This document shows positions 34,686 to 44,006 of a DNA stretch of 44,887 nucleotides, one piece after another. The stretch is from IMG/VR virus record IMGVR_UViG_3300049136_000121, positions 1 to 44,887 of that record; one strand, 5' to 3'. Each line of letters opens with the position of its first letter. Position 1 is the first letter of the stretch. The stretch comes from a virus. Taxonomy: Duplodnaviria; Caudoviricetes. A model generated the notes under the pieces. That model had not been told where the DNA came from. It ran no database searches and worked only from the letters and a program-made list of their open reading frames with translations. The position numbers were made by a program, and so were the translations under genes.

Positions 34686-35072
34686 ATGCCTCACAACGCA
34701 GCTTCAACGACAGCCGATCGGGACATCGTCCACGGCTACATCATCGTCAGCGAGCGGCGTGGCATCCCGCAACACGGCTCCTGGTACTACGCCCGCAAAG
34801 ATGATGCTGAGGCCGACGCCGCGGTTTACGCCAAGGAAGCGCCGAAGACCTACGAGGGCGACCCCCGCGGCGTACCGAGCTTTTCGGTTGAGTGGGTCAG
34901 CACATCCCGCTTCTGCCTTCGCGAAGGCCAGCGCTTCCCCCGCGGCACAACGAGACGGCTCGAAGAGGAACGCGAGGCCGAGTTCCTCGTCATCCGCGAC
35001 CACATGTCGTTTCACAAGGCGCTGCGGCAGGTCCGGCAGCGCAGGGCTCTCGCGGCAAGGGCTGCGGCATGA
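34686..35072 (+). CDS. Hypothetical early protein
   Basis: AAGGAG SD; first gene of the PL operon. Confidence 0.7.
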   Translation: MPHNAASTTADRDIVHGYIIVSERRGIPQHGSWYYARKDDAEADAAVYAKEAPKTYEGDPRGVPSFSVEWVSTSRFCLREGQRFPRGTTRRLEEEREAEFLVIRDHMSFHKALRQVRQRRALAARAAA

Positions 35073-35491
35073 GCGGCCAGCAGATCCGCGGGGCCTACGC
35101 CTCGAAGCTTCCGAACGCCGAGAGCTGGCAGGCATGGCGGGTCGGCGAGCGTGAGAGCGATGCCGCCACCCTTGATGCGCCCACGACGCTGGACGAAGCG
35201 ATCGCCCAGGCGATGGCCACCATGTGCTGGCACCCGGGCGACACGCTGGCGGTGCTCTACACCCACACCGGCTTGAGCAAGCGCACGCTCTGGCTCCACA
35301 CGATCCGCAGCAGCACGAAGCGCTACAGCTGGCGGCAAGCCACGGACGGCGGACGGCCGGTCAAGGTCGCCGCGCTTGAGCCGAAGCTGATCCTGCAGAC
35401 CGAGGTCGCGGCCTTCGCGCCGATCGAGCGGTTCGATGCCTTCCGGCACGATCCGGCCGGCGTAGACCTCCATTTGGTGGAGCAGCGCTGA
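35069..35491 (+). CDS. Hypothetical protein
   Basis: ATGA coupling; start MSGQQ. Confidence 0.65.
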   Translation: MSGQQIRGAYASKLPNAESWQAWRVGERESDAATLDAPTTLDEAIAQAMATMCWHPGDTLAVLYTHTGLSKRTLWLHTIRSSTKRYSWRQATDGGRPVKVAALEPKLILQTEVAAFAPIERFDAFRHDPAGVDLHLVEQR

Positions 35492-35718
35492 TGCGCGCCG
35501 CCCTCAGCCTCCTCGCCGGCATCGCGCTCGGGCTTGTTGCCTTCGCCACCGCTCAGAGCATCGCAACCGCGGATTGGGTCACCGCCGTCCCACTCGCGCT
35601 CATCCTCACCACAGGGATCGTGTTGATTGCCCCCCGCGATCGCGATCCCTCTGCTGCGGCAGACCCATCCACACGCCGCGCGGCCGTAGACGCGCGGGCA
35701 GGGGGGCGCCGCTCGTGA
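35491..35718 (+). CDS. Small membrane protein
   Basis: Two hydrophobic segments; TGATG coupling. Confidence 0.6.
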   Translation: MRAALSLLAGIALGLVAFATAQSIATADWVTAVPLALILTTGIVLIAPRDRDPSAAADPSTRRAAVDARAGGRRS

Positions 35719-35948
35719 CGATCGAGAAGGAAGCCCCCGGCCTCTGGTTCGCGACCTGCGACGAATGCGGCGAGCGGATCGAACTGGATACCGATCCCGA
35801 TGACCCGTTCACCGAAGCTGTCGCGGAAGTGAAGGCGAAGGGCTGGCGCATATGCCCGCCCGAGACAGTGAAATACCAGGAAGGGCGCAGCTTCAAGAAG
35901 GGGCTGCGCGTCACCTATTGGACGCACACCTGCGGAGACTGTCGGTGA
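35715..35948 (+). CDS. Zn-ribbon protein
   Basis: CDEC and CGDC; GTGA coupling. Confidence 0.7.
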   Translation: MTIEKEAPGLWFATCDECGERIELDTDPDDPFTEAVAEVKAKGWRICPPETVKYQEGRSFKKGLRVTYWTHTCGDCR

Positions 35949-36343
35949 GCCGGCCGCCCGTCACCTATGCCGATGTGGCGCAGACGATGCGCCGGGTGTT
36001 TGCCGGCACGGACGTCAGCCAGCCAGTGGCGGGGTTCTACCGCTTCCGTCTTCGCAGCGGCGGGATCCGAGGCGTTGTGCGCATTCACTACGGCCCGCCG
36101 TGCGACCCGCTGACCGGCGAAGAGCTCGACCGCTCGCATCGCTGGATGGCGCACTTCAACGGCGAGTTGATCGAGTTCGATCGTGCATGGCCGCAGTGCT
36201 GCGGAGAACCGGTCGACGAAGCCGAATATCGCATCGCGTGCGGACGCCAGGAGTGGGCCCGGAAGCACGCGCCCGACAGCAGTTACGCGGATCCGCGCAA
36301 GCGCCGTGACCCGCTCGATCCATCTGAGCCGCTGCCGTTCTGA
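35945..36343 (+). CDS. Hypothetical protein
   Basis: GTGA coupling; ends PLPF. Confidence 0.7.
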   Translation: MSRPPVTYADVAQTMRRVFAGTDVSQPVAGFYRFRLRSGGIRGVVRIHYGPPCDPLTGEELDRSHRWMAHFNGELIEFDRAWPQCCGEPVDEAEYRIACGRQEWARKHAPDSSYADPRKRRDPLDPSEPLPF

Positions 36344-36894
36344 TGCGTAAGATATTGCCTCGCCGCCGCTTCAACTGCGCTCAGTGCGGCACGGAAAACA
36401 CCGTGCATGGCTCGCGCCTCAGCGCGAAGTTCTGCGACCTACTTTGTCGGCGCGCCTGGTTCGGCGACGTAATGCGGCACGTAGACCGCAGTGGCAGCCC
36501 AAAAGCATGCTGGGCTTGGCTCGGCTGCGATGATGGCCGGGGCAAGTACGGTCGCACGGGAATTGGCGGGCCTCGCGGCGCCCACGTAGCAGTCTACGAG
36601 CGCTTGGTTGGACCAATCCCGGAAGGGAAAGAGATCGACCATCTCTGCCGCAATCCCCGATGCGTGAACCCCGCGCATTTGGAGCCGGTGACGCGCCGGG
36701 AAAACGTGCTCCGTCAACCGAAAGTAATCGCTGCAAGATCGGCCACGCATTGTTGTCACGGCCACGAGTTCACGCCGGAAAATACCTACCACCATCCGAC
36801 CCAAAGCTCCCGGATTTGCCGGGCGTGCACCCTCGCGGCTGTTCGCCGCTATCAGGAAAGGAAATCTGGCCATGGCCACGAAACCCGTATTTGA
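36343..36894 (+). CDS. HNH endonuclease (homing-type)
   Basis: CWAWLG, AHVAVYE..VGPIP, IDHLCRNPRCVNPAHLEPVT..EN, HGHEF...NT. Confidence 0.9.
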   Translation: MRKILPRRRFNCAQCGTENTVHGSRLSAKFCDLLCRRAWFGDVMRHVDRSGSPKACWAWLGCDDGRGKYGRTGIGGPRGAHVAVYERLVGPIPEGKEIDHLCRNPRCVNPAHLEPVTRRENVLRQPKVIAARSATHCCHGHEFTPENTYHHPTQSSRICRACTLAAVRRYQERKSGHGHETRI

Positions 36895-37693
36895 TGATGT
36901 GAAGCCCTGGCCCGGTGAGAACCCGGCCAGCGCGCCGGCACCGCGCGACCACAACCGTCCGCCGCCCGAGGAAGTGATCCCTGCGGAGTTCCGCGAAGCG
37001 CTCATTTCTGAGCGCGCGGACTTCCTCACTTTGCTCGATCAGCTTCTCGGCAAGGGGGACCCGGACAGCGAAGACTATGTGCAAGGTTCGGTCGATCGCG
37101 CGAAATGCGCCGACGAGACGACGCTCGGTCTCTGCGGCGAACTGGTGAAGCGCCTGCGCGCTTGCGAGCAGCTCGTCTCCAAAGTCCATCAGGACGTGAA
37201 GGCGCCTTACCTGCTGGCGGGCCGGCTCTGCGACGCGGAGAAGAACGCGCTGCACGGTCGGATCATCGCCGGCAAGTCGCGCATCGAGGCGTTGCAGCAG
37301 GATTACCTGCGTGAGCAGCGCCGTAAGGAGCAGCTGGCCGAGGCTGAGCGCCAGGCCGAGTTCCGCCGCCAGGAAGCGGAGCGCCAGCGGCTCGCGGAGC
37401 TTGCCCGCGAGAACAACATCGACCCCGTCGTGATCCCTGAAGCTGCGCCCCCTCCGCCACCGGTTCAGCGCGCCGAGCCGGTCCGCAGCGATGGTGGGGC
37501 CACCGTCTCGCGGCTCACCGAATGGAAGAGCCAGGTTGAGGACTACCGGCTCGCGTTCACCAGCGTGAAGGACGACGCGAAGGTCCGCGAAGCGATCGAC
37601 GCCGCGGTCCAGCGGCTCGTGAAGGCGACCAAGGGCCAGAAGCCCATGAAGGGCGTCCGGATCTACGAGGACGTGAAAGCCTCCAACCGCTGA
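36872..37693 (+). CDS. Coiled-coil hypothetical protein of the recombination module
   Basis: DHNRPP, KAPYL, long helix, GVRIYE C-terminus. Confidence 0.75.
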   Translation: MATKPVFDDVKPWPGENPASAPAPRDHNRPPPEEVIPAEFREALISERADFLTLLDQLLGKGDPDSEDYVQGSVDRAKCADETTLGLCGELVKRLRACEQLVSKVHQDVKAPYLLAGRLCDAEKNALHGRIIAGKSRIEALQQDYLREQRRKEQLAEAERQAEFRRQEAERQRLAELARENNIDPVVIPEAAPPPPPVQRAEPVRSDGGATVSRLTEWKSQVEDYRLAFTSVKDDAKVREAIDAAVQRLVKATKGQKPMKGVRIYEDVKASNR

Positions 37694-37719
37694 ATTCCCC
37701 CGAGAGAAAGGAACTCCCG

Positions 37720-37983
37720 ATGCCTGACCGAAAGTTTGTCGCCTGCAAGTTCCGCAGCACCGACACCCGCAGCTTCACTTACCACCACGACGGCGAAGAG
37801 CCGCTCGCCATCGGCGACATGGTCAAGGTGCCCGACGCCCGCAGCGATGGCTGGAAACGCGTCGAGGTCGTCTCGATCGGCGATGAAGCGCCGCCGTTCC
37901 CGACCAAGGCCATCGTCGGGAAGATCGAACCGGAGCCCGCCGAGGATGCCGCACTCTTACCCGACGGCGCGGCCGAGCAGTGA
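37720..37983 (+). CDS. Hypothetical protein (SH3-like)
   Basis: AAGGA SD; FTY...LAIGDMVKV pattern. Confidence 0.7.
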   Translation: MPDRKFVACKFRSTDTRSFTYHHDGEEPLAIGDMVKVPDARSDGWKRVEVVSIGDEAPPFPTKAIVGKIEPEPAEDAALLPDGAAEQ

Positions 37984-38022
37984 TCCGCTCGACACTCGAA
38001 ATGCCTTCTGAGGACATCCGAC

Positions 38023-38346
38023 ATGACGAACATCACTTTCAACAACGACTACGGCTATTCGCCGGGTTCGCCACGCTGGTTCGTGAGGCGCGCTGATCAG
38101 GGCGACATCTTCCAGTTGGCCACGCGCGAAATCGCCGAAGCGGAGGCGGCAAAGATGGCCGCTGCTCATCCCGGCACCGAATTCGACGTACTCGCCGTAA
38201 CGGCGACCATCCGGACGTCGCCCGACGTTGTGGGCCAGCGCTTCGACCCGAAGCGAGCGCCGGCGCCCGAACCCACTCCCGAATTCGCCGAAGTCGAGCC
38301 GCCTGCCGCGCCGCAGCCGGCCGCCGAAGAGGAACAGCCGCTATGA
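38023..38346 (+). CDS. Hypothetical protein
   Basis: GAGGA SD; coupled to recT. Confidence 0.65.
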   Translation: MTNITFNNDYGYSPGSPRWFVRRADQGDIFQLATREIAEAEAAKMAAAHPGTEFDVLAVTATIRTSPDVVGQRFDPKRAPAPEPTPEFAEVEPPAAPQPAAEEEQPL

Positions 38347-39554
38347 ACGCTCAGTCCAATGCGATCGCCACTCGCAGCGATACCCCGATCGACAAGCTGA
38401 AGACGAACCTCTCCAGCCGCGCCGACGAGTTCAAGGTCGCGCTGCCGGCGCACATCAGCTTCGACAAGTTCCAGCGCACGATCGCCACCGCGGCGATGAG
38501 CAATGCGCAGCTGCTCGAATGCGATCGGCGCTCCCTGTTGCTCGCGGCGATGAAGCTCGCGCAGGACGGCTTGCTGCCCGATGGGCGAGAGGCCGCGCTG
38601 GTGCCGTTCAAGCGCAGCTTCAAGGACGGCAACGAGTGGAAAGCCGTGTGGGAAGTGCAGCCGATGCCGATGGCATGGGGTCTGCGAAAGAAGATCCTGC
38701 AGTCCGGCATGGTCGTCAGTCTCGAGACGGGGCTGGTCTACCGGGCCGAGGTCGAAAGCGGCCACTTCATTTACGAGATCGGCATGGATCCGCCGATCCG
38801 CCACCGGCCCAACCTGGCGCTCTCCGACGAGGAAATGGGCGACGAGAATATCGTCGCCGCCTACTCGATCGCGCGCATCAAGAGTGAGCACGGCAATCCC
38901 TACTGGTCGGTCGAGGTCATGCGCCGCGCCGAGATCAACAAGGTGCGCGAAGCCTCGCAGACCGGCGCCACGAAGGATCGCAATGGCAAGCCGCGCAATC
39001 CGAAGGGACCGTGGGTCGACTGGTTCGGCGAAATGGCACGCAAAACTGTGCTCCGCCGTCACTCGAAGGTGCTGCCGATGAGCGGCGATGTTCTCGACGC
39101 ATTCGAGCGCGAGGACGAGCACCTGGCCGCCGAAGGGACCGCTCGCTTGCTGGCTACCGAAGAAGCCGAACCTCTGCGCCTGCCGGACAGGGACGAACTC
39201 GACCAGGAGAACGGCGAGGTTGTCGACCAGGAGACGGGTGAGATCACCACGGACAGCCGCGGCATGTCGGAGGTGGATGAAGAGACCGCACGTGCGCTGG
39301 ACGCCGGGGCTGCCGATGAAACCGATGGCAACACCGGTGAAAGCGAGGACGCGGCAGAGGAGCTGTCACCCTCCGAGAAGGCGCTGCGAGAGATCCGCGG
39401 CGGAATCGAGGCGGCCAAGAACCTGTCGTATCTCAAGAAGGTGGACGAGAGCTGGGTGAAGGCCCGCGCCGCGTACGATGAGGCGACGGCCAAGGAGATC
39501 GATGACCTGATCACCGCGAAGCGCAAGGCGCTCTCCGCCGATGGGGAGGGCTGA
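38343..39554 (+). CDS. recT: RecT-family single-strand annealing recombinase
   Basis: LAQDGLLPDGREAALVPF, GPWVDWFGEMARKTVLRR..K.LP. Confidence 0.92.
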   Translation: MNAQSNAIATRSDTPIDKLKTNLSSRADEFKVALPAHISFDKFQRTIATAAMSNAQLLECDRRSLLLAAMKLAQDGLLPDGREAALVPFKRSFKDGNEWKAVWEVQPMPMAWGLRKKILQSGMVVSLETGLVYRAEVESGHFIYEIGMDPPIRHRPNLALSDEEMGDENIVAAYSIARIKSEHGNPYWSVEVMRRAEINKVREASQTGATKDRNGKPRNPKGPWVDWFGEMARKTVLRRHSKVLPMSGDVLDAFEREDEHLAAEGTARLLATEEAEPLRLPDRDELDQENGEVVDQETGEITTDSRGMSEVDEETARALDAGAADETDGNTGESEDAAEELSPSEKALREIRGGIEAAKNLSYLKKVDESWVKARAAYDEATAKEIDDLITAKRKALSADGEG

Positions 39555-39556
39555 GC

Positions 39557-39874
39557 GTGGCCGAGCGCCTAATTCCCGGTCGAACGGAAGAGTTCGAGCA
39601 GTCTCGTGGCGAAGCGGTGGCGCTCGGCAATCAGACTATCGTCACTCCGCGGGGTGACGTGCTGACCACCGATGCCCCCGGCTACATGACCATGCTGGTC
39701 GATCATCGAGAGGCTGAACGGCGGCGTATCGCTTTCATGCTCTACAACCCCGGACCGTCGTCTCGCACGCCGGGCACTGGGATGATCGCCCAAATGACTG
39801 CGGCCGAAGCACGAACGATCGCAGCGTCACTACTTCGCCTGGCTGACCGCCTTGGGCAGGGGAAGGCGAACTGA
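39557..39874 (+). CDS. Hypothetical protein
   Basis: Operon packing, SD. Confidence 0.6.
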   Translation: MAERLIPGRTEEFEQSRGEAVALGNQTIVTPRGDVLTTDAPGYMTMLVDHREAERRRIAFMLYNPGPSSRTPGTGMIAQMTAAEARTIAASLLRLADRLGQGKAN

Positions 39875-40059
39875 TGGCCAGCGCTGGACAGATGATCGCA
39901 TGGCGCGTGCCAGTTCTCCGCGGGATCGACCCGGCGCTTCGTCGGGCGAGGCTCCTCGCAGCTCGCGGCTACAAGCCCGGCACCATTCCCCGGCATGCCA
40001 TCCTCGGCGGCTTCTGGGACGGCGGACATATCGTGCGCCGGCACCGGGAGGCCTCGTGA
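39874..40059 (+). CDS. Hypothetical protein
   Basis: TGATG coupling; AILGGFWDGG. Confidence 0.6.
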   Translation: MASAGQMIAWRVPVLRGIDPALRRARLLAARGYKPGTIPRHAILGGFWDGGHIVRRHREAS

Positions 40060-40283
40060 TGGTCGACTATCTCGAGCATTCGCATCGGATGGGCCGCATC
40101 AAGGAGGCCGAAGAGGCGGGGCAGGTCGCGGACAGCATGGAGGTTCGCCTGCAGATCGTGGCTCGCATCAAGGCTGGCGAGATCAGCCTGCAAGAAGGCC
40201 AGGCCGAACTGCGGCGCATTCAACGGCAGGCAGCGACGCGGGGACAATCCACCCGCTCACAGATTTACAGCGGGCACGCGTGA
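40059..40283 (+). CDS. Hypothetical protein
   Basis: GGGAGG SD; MVDYLEH start. Confidence 0.6.
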   Translation: MVDYLEHSHRMGRIKEAEEAGQVADSMEVRLQIVARIKAGEISLQEGQAELRRIQRQAATRGQSTRSQIYSGHA

Positions 40284-40284
40284 T

Positions 40285-40464
40285 GTGCCCTGGCACCGCA
40301 ACCTCGGCGAACTTCCTCCGCACGCGAAGGGAAAGCGCGTCCGTGTCCGGCTTCGAAACGGCAAGTGCCCACCCGAAAGCTGGGCCGCTGACGGCCGCAG
40401 CGCGTGCCGCTGGACGCTCACGAACGACGACTGGGACATCTTGGAATGGGAGTTCGCAGGGTGA
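40285..40464 (+). CDS. Hypothetical 59-aa protein (PWHRNLGELP...WDILEWEFAG), not in the ORF track
   Basis: Translated by hand; RVRVRLRNG and W-DI pattern of small phage proteins; fills the gap. Confidence 0.55.
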   Translation: MPWHRNLGELPPHAKGKRVRVRLRNGKCPPESWAADGRSACRWTLTNDDWDILEWEFAG

Positions 40465-40715
40465 ATGAACATCAACGCCTCGGCGACGGGGTCTCGCATT
40501 GCGGGAAGCAAGTCCTGCTCCATGGCAAGCACCTGGCAGACGCGGTGAACGAGAGCGCGGCGAAGTGGATCGCAGAGGCTCTTGCGCTGCAGTCGACGCG
40601 GTGGCGCGAGCCGGCGCGGATCCGCGACAGCTTCGCTCGCGGCGTCCTCTGCGGTGCTCCGATCAGCGCTGCTCTCTGGCTGCTCGTCCTCTGGCTCTTG
40701 GAGTCTCTGTCGTGA
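40461..40715 (+). CDS. Hypothetical protein with C-terminal TM
   Basis: GTGA coupling; hydrophobic C-terminus. Confidence 0.5.
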   Translation: MNEHQRLGDGVSHCGKQVLLHGKHLADAVNESAAKWIAEALALQSTRWREPARIRDSFARGVLCGAPISAALWLLVLWLLESLS

Positions 40716-40893
40716 AGAAGCTCTCACGCAATGCGCCTCGCGTGAACGCGATCATCCACACCAGCCGACCGTTTCACTCGGTCAATGGTGAGGGCCGAAC
40801 GATGCACCCGACCGAGCGCTTCCGCCGCCATGGGCGCGTGCAGCCGATGCCGGAAGAGCCGGGCTTCTTCGCCAGGCTGTTCGGGAGGGCGCG

Positions 40894-41340
40894 GTGATGG
40901 GCAGTCAGGCCGGAGCCTCCAAGACTGCCGCCAAGCGCGTTGGCCTTCCTCCGAGTCAGTATCGGAAGCAGGTCGAGGCAGGCCAGAAGTGGTGCACCGG
41001 ATGCAAGGCTTGGCACGAGGTATCCCAATTCCCGCGCGACCGCACGCGCGGCGATGGACGGCGGGCAAGATGCACTCGCGCCGACCGCGGGAAGTCACGA
41101 ACACCCCGCGATCCAGCGAAAGAACGTGCGCGTCACGTTGTTGGTTACGCTGTTCGCAAAGGGCGCTTGGCTCGGCCCGACACACTGCCGTGCACTGACT
41201 GCGACCACACGGGCGCGGATAAGCGGCACGAATACGATCATCACCAAGGCTACTCGGAGCCGTGCTGGCTGGTCGTGGAGGCGGTCTGCACCACCTGTCA
41301 CGCCGATCGTGAAATCCGAAGGAGAGCAGATCGTGGCTGA
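40894..41340 (+). CDS. Zn-binding His-Me finger/HNH-like protein
   Basis: CTGC, CTDC, HEYDHH, CTTCH. Confidence 0.65.
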   Translation: MMGSQAGASKTAAKRVGLPPSQYRKQVEAGQKWCTGCKAWHEVSQFPRDRTRGDGRRARCTRADRGKSRTPRDPAKERARHVVGYAVRKGRLARPDTLPCTDCDHTGADKRHEYDHHQGYSEPCWLVVEAVCTTCHADREIRRRADRG

Positions 41341-42358
41341 CCGCACAAAAATAGAGTGGAGCGACGCAACCGCCAACGTGATCAACGGCTGCTCGCTGGA
41401 ATCGCCGGGCTGCACGAACTGCTACGCGATGAAGCAGGCGCACCGTTTCCCGGTCCGGCAGGGCCTCACCAAGAAGACGAAGGGCGGCATGGTCTGGACC
41501 GGCGAGGTCCGCTTCCACGAACCCGCGCTGCTCAAGGTGCTGTCCTGGCGCCGGCCGCGCATGATCTTCTGGAACGCGCACGGCGATATGTTCCACCCGG
41601 ACGTGCCGGAAGAGTGGATCGCGCGATGCTTCGACGTAATGGCGCGGACGCCGCAGCACATTCACCAAGTGCTGACCAAGCGCAGCGCTCGGATGCGCGA
41701 AGTTCTCTCCGGCCCGAAGAACCATCGCCTCTGGCATCCGAAGCTCTGGCACCGGTCAGTCCTCCCGAACGTCTGGCTCGGCGTCTCGGTCGAGGACCAG
41801 CAGCGCGCCGATGAGCGCGTTCCAGATCTGCTCGCCACGCCTGCCGCGGTGCGGTGGCTGTCCTGCGAGCCGCTGCTTGGGCCTGTGGATCTGACCACTG
41901 TCCGGATGCAGACGAGCCACCACCTCGGTTTCGATGCACTAGAGGGAAAGCGGATCCACAAGGAAGACGGCGACCAGCGCACCGCTGGCACTCGCCTCGA
42001 CTGGATCGTCGCCGGAGGCGAGAGCGGTCCCGGTTCGCGGCCGTGCCACCCCGACTGGGCAAGGTCTCTCCGCGATCAGTGCGCGGCGGCCGACATCCCC
42101 TACTTCTGGAAGCAATGGGGTGAATGGCTTCCATTCGATCAGGTCCGCTCGAATGAGCAGCGGGACGCGGTCAGCCGCACGACTATTGAGGCGAGCAAGA
42201 AGGGAAACGGAAAGCAGACGGTCTTTGGTGCGTGGAGCAATGGGCACAAGTTCTACGGCACACCCGGCATCCGGCCCGTCCAGATAAACGCAGTGGGCAA
42301 AAAGCTCGCCGGGCGCTTACTCGATGGCAAACTGCACGAAGGGATGCCGGTCCAATGA
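41333..42358 (+). CDS. DUF5131 (phage Gp37/Gp68) family protein
   Basis: TKIEWSDAT, GC...SPGCTNCYA, QVLTKR, NVWLGVSVE, WIVAGGESG, FWKQWG. Confidence 0.92.
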   Translation: MADRTKIEWSDATANVINGCSLESPGCTNCYAMKQAHRFPVRQGLTKKTKGGMVWTGEVRFHEPALLKVLSWRRPRMIFWNAHGDMFHPDVPEEWIARCFDVMARTPQHIHQVLTKRSARMREVLSGPKNHRLWHPKLWHRSVLPNVWLGVSVEDQQRADERVPDLLATPAAVRWLSCEPLLGPVDLTTVRMQTSHHLGFDALEGKRIHKEDGDQRTAGTRLDWIVAGGESGPGSRPCHPDWARSLRDQCAAADIPYFWKQWGEWLPFDQVRSNEQRDAVSRTTIEASKKGNGKQTVFGAWSNGHKFYGTPGIRPVQINAVGKKLAGRLLDGKLHEGMPVQ

Positions 42359-42558
42359 GCGGCGAAGGCATCCTCTCCGCCCCTCGCTGGCCCGCTTCCC
42401 GCAGCGGCTACGACATCTGCGAATGCGGCGACTACCGCCGCGACCACGAAGGCGGCACCGGGGCGTGCACGTTCCCGCCTGACCAAGTCGCGGGGCACGA
42501 GCCTTGCCGGCGCTTCCAGCTGCAGCTGCGGTCGAAGGCGGGAGGGGCACATGGTTGA
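42355..42558 (+). CDS. Small Cys/His-rich protein
   Basis: CECGD..DH...C...C; ATGA coupling. Confidence 0.55.
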   Translation: MSGEGILSAPRWPASRSGYDICECGDYRRDHEGGTGACTFPPDQVAGHEPCRRFQLQLRSKAGGAHG

Positions 42559-42922
42559 TCGTCCGCAGCGCATCCAGCTTTCACGCAGGAAGGGCTGGCG
42601 AATGCCGCCGAACACCGTGAGCGTGGCGCGGCCTGGTCCGTTCGGAAACCCCTACGTCGTCGGGAAGGACGGCACGGCAGCGGAATGCGTCGAACTCTAC
42701 AAGCGCCTGCTGTGCGGCTACCTTTGCCTCACCAGCAAGGCCACAATCGCCGCTCAGCGGTGGGCGCTGGACAATGCAGCCGTTCGCATCTCCGAACTCA
42801 GCGGCAAGAACCTCGCCTGCTGGTGCCGCGCTGGTCATCCCTGCCATGCCGACGTGCTGCTCGAACTAGCTATTGATCGCTTGGACGTGCGCCACGGCAA
42901 CATCGACAGGATCGGCGAATGA
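42551..42922 (+). CDS. DUF4326 family protein
   Basis: RPGPFGNPY, LSGKNLACWC...CHADVL. Confidence 0.88.
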   Translation: MVDRPQRIQLSRRKGWRMPPNTVSVARPGPFGNPYVVGKDGTAAECVELYKRLLCGYLCLTSKATIAAQRWALDNAAVRISELSGKNLACWCRAGHPCHADVLLELAIDRLDVRHGNIDRIGE

Positions 42923-43587
42923 GCCAGAACCGCTCCTCAGCCGTGATGCAGCAGCGCAGCGAGCCGCACGACAGCCTCGACGACTTCCCGACGCCGCCCT
43001 GGGCAACGCGGGCGCTGTGCGAGTGGCTGCAGCAGAACGTCGACCAAGGGCTTGCCGACCGCACGTGCCGCGAACCAGCGGCCAACCGCGGACATATGGT
43101 GTCACCGCTGCGCGAGTATTTTGCCAGTGTCGACGCCAGCGACGTTCACGATTACGGCGCCGGCTTCCGGACGCTCGATTATCTTTTCCCTGGCGGCATG
43201 GCGGAAGTCGATTGGACCATCACGAACCCGCCTTTCCGCCTGGCTGAGCAGTTCATCGAGCGCGCCGCCGCCACCAGCCGCCACGGCTTCGCCATGATCG
43301 TGCGCGCAGCCTTCTTGGAAGGGCAGGATCGCTATCGTAAGATCTTCGCGGTGAACCCGCCGGCTTACGTGCTGCCGCTTTCCGAACGCTGCGGGATGTT
43401 CAAGGGGCGCCTCCTTCAGCTCGGGACGAAATATCTTGACCGAGATGGTAAGGAGCGGAGCGCCGCTACCGCGACGGCTTATGTCTGGTTGGTGTGGGTC
43501 CACGGCGAGAATGACTCTCGCGTCCGTTGGATCGCACCGTGTCGCAAGCGGCTCGAGCGGCCCGAAGATTACCCGGGGGAAGCATGA
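42919..43587 (+). CDS. DNA N6-adenine methyltransferase (phage type)
   Basis: DDFPTPPW, EPAANRG, SDVHDYG, ITNPPF. Confidence 0.88.
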   Translation: MSQNRSSAVMQQRSEPHDSLDDFPTPPWATRALCEWLQQNVDQGLADRTCREPAANRGHMVSPLREYFASVDASDVHDYGAGFRTLDYLFPGGMAEVDWTITNPPFRLAEQFIERAAATSRHGFAMIVRAAFLEGQDRYRKIFAVNPPAYVLPLSERCGMFKGRLLQLGTKYLDRDGKERSAATATAYVWLVWVHGENDSRVRWIAPCRKRLERPEDYPGEA

Positions 43588-44006
43588 ACGCTCACGCCAC
43601 TTTCTCGGGCTCAGCCATCCTCGACACCGGCCGCTCCCCCACCGAATGGGTGGAGATACTCGCCGGCCGCGGCATCGAAGTGTCCGAACGCACCCTGCGC
43701 GAGCGGGCAAATCGTCTGAAGGCTTGCCATCGCCTCGGCCGAGCGATGATCATCACCCCGGAACAGATGGATACGATTCTCGAAGGGGGAGACGAATGCC
43801 GCTCGAACCATACCTCAGAGGCTCAACCTGGTGGGCCAAGGGCCGCGTCGAGTACCTCGGCGCCGCGATCACTGAGTACTACCGATGCAGCACTGGCGCA
43901 TCTGACGAATCTGGCGCGCGGGCGTGGTGCCGCGACGAAGAAGAGCGGCGGGTCCGTCGTCACCTTCTCGGGGACGAGAAGGCGCTCACCTTCGCGGAAG
44001 CCGTGA
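43584..44006 (+). CDS. Excisionase-like protein (folded part probably the first ~70 aa)
   Basis: VSERTLRERA winged-helix-like segment, overlaps the start of int. Confidence 0.6.
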   Translation: MNAHATFSGSAILDTGRSPTEWVEILAGRGIEVSERTLRERANRLKACHRLGRAMIITPEQMDTILEGGDECRSNHTSEAQPGGPRAASSTSAPRSLSTTDAALAHLTNLARGRGAATKKSGGSVVTFSGTRRRSPSRKP

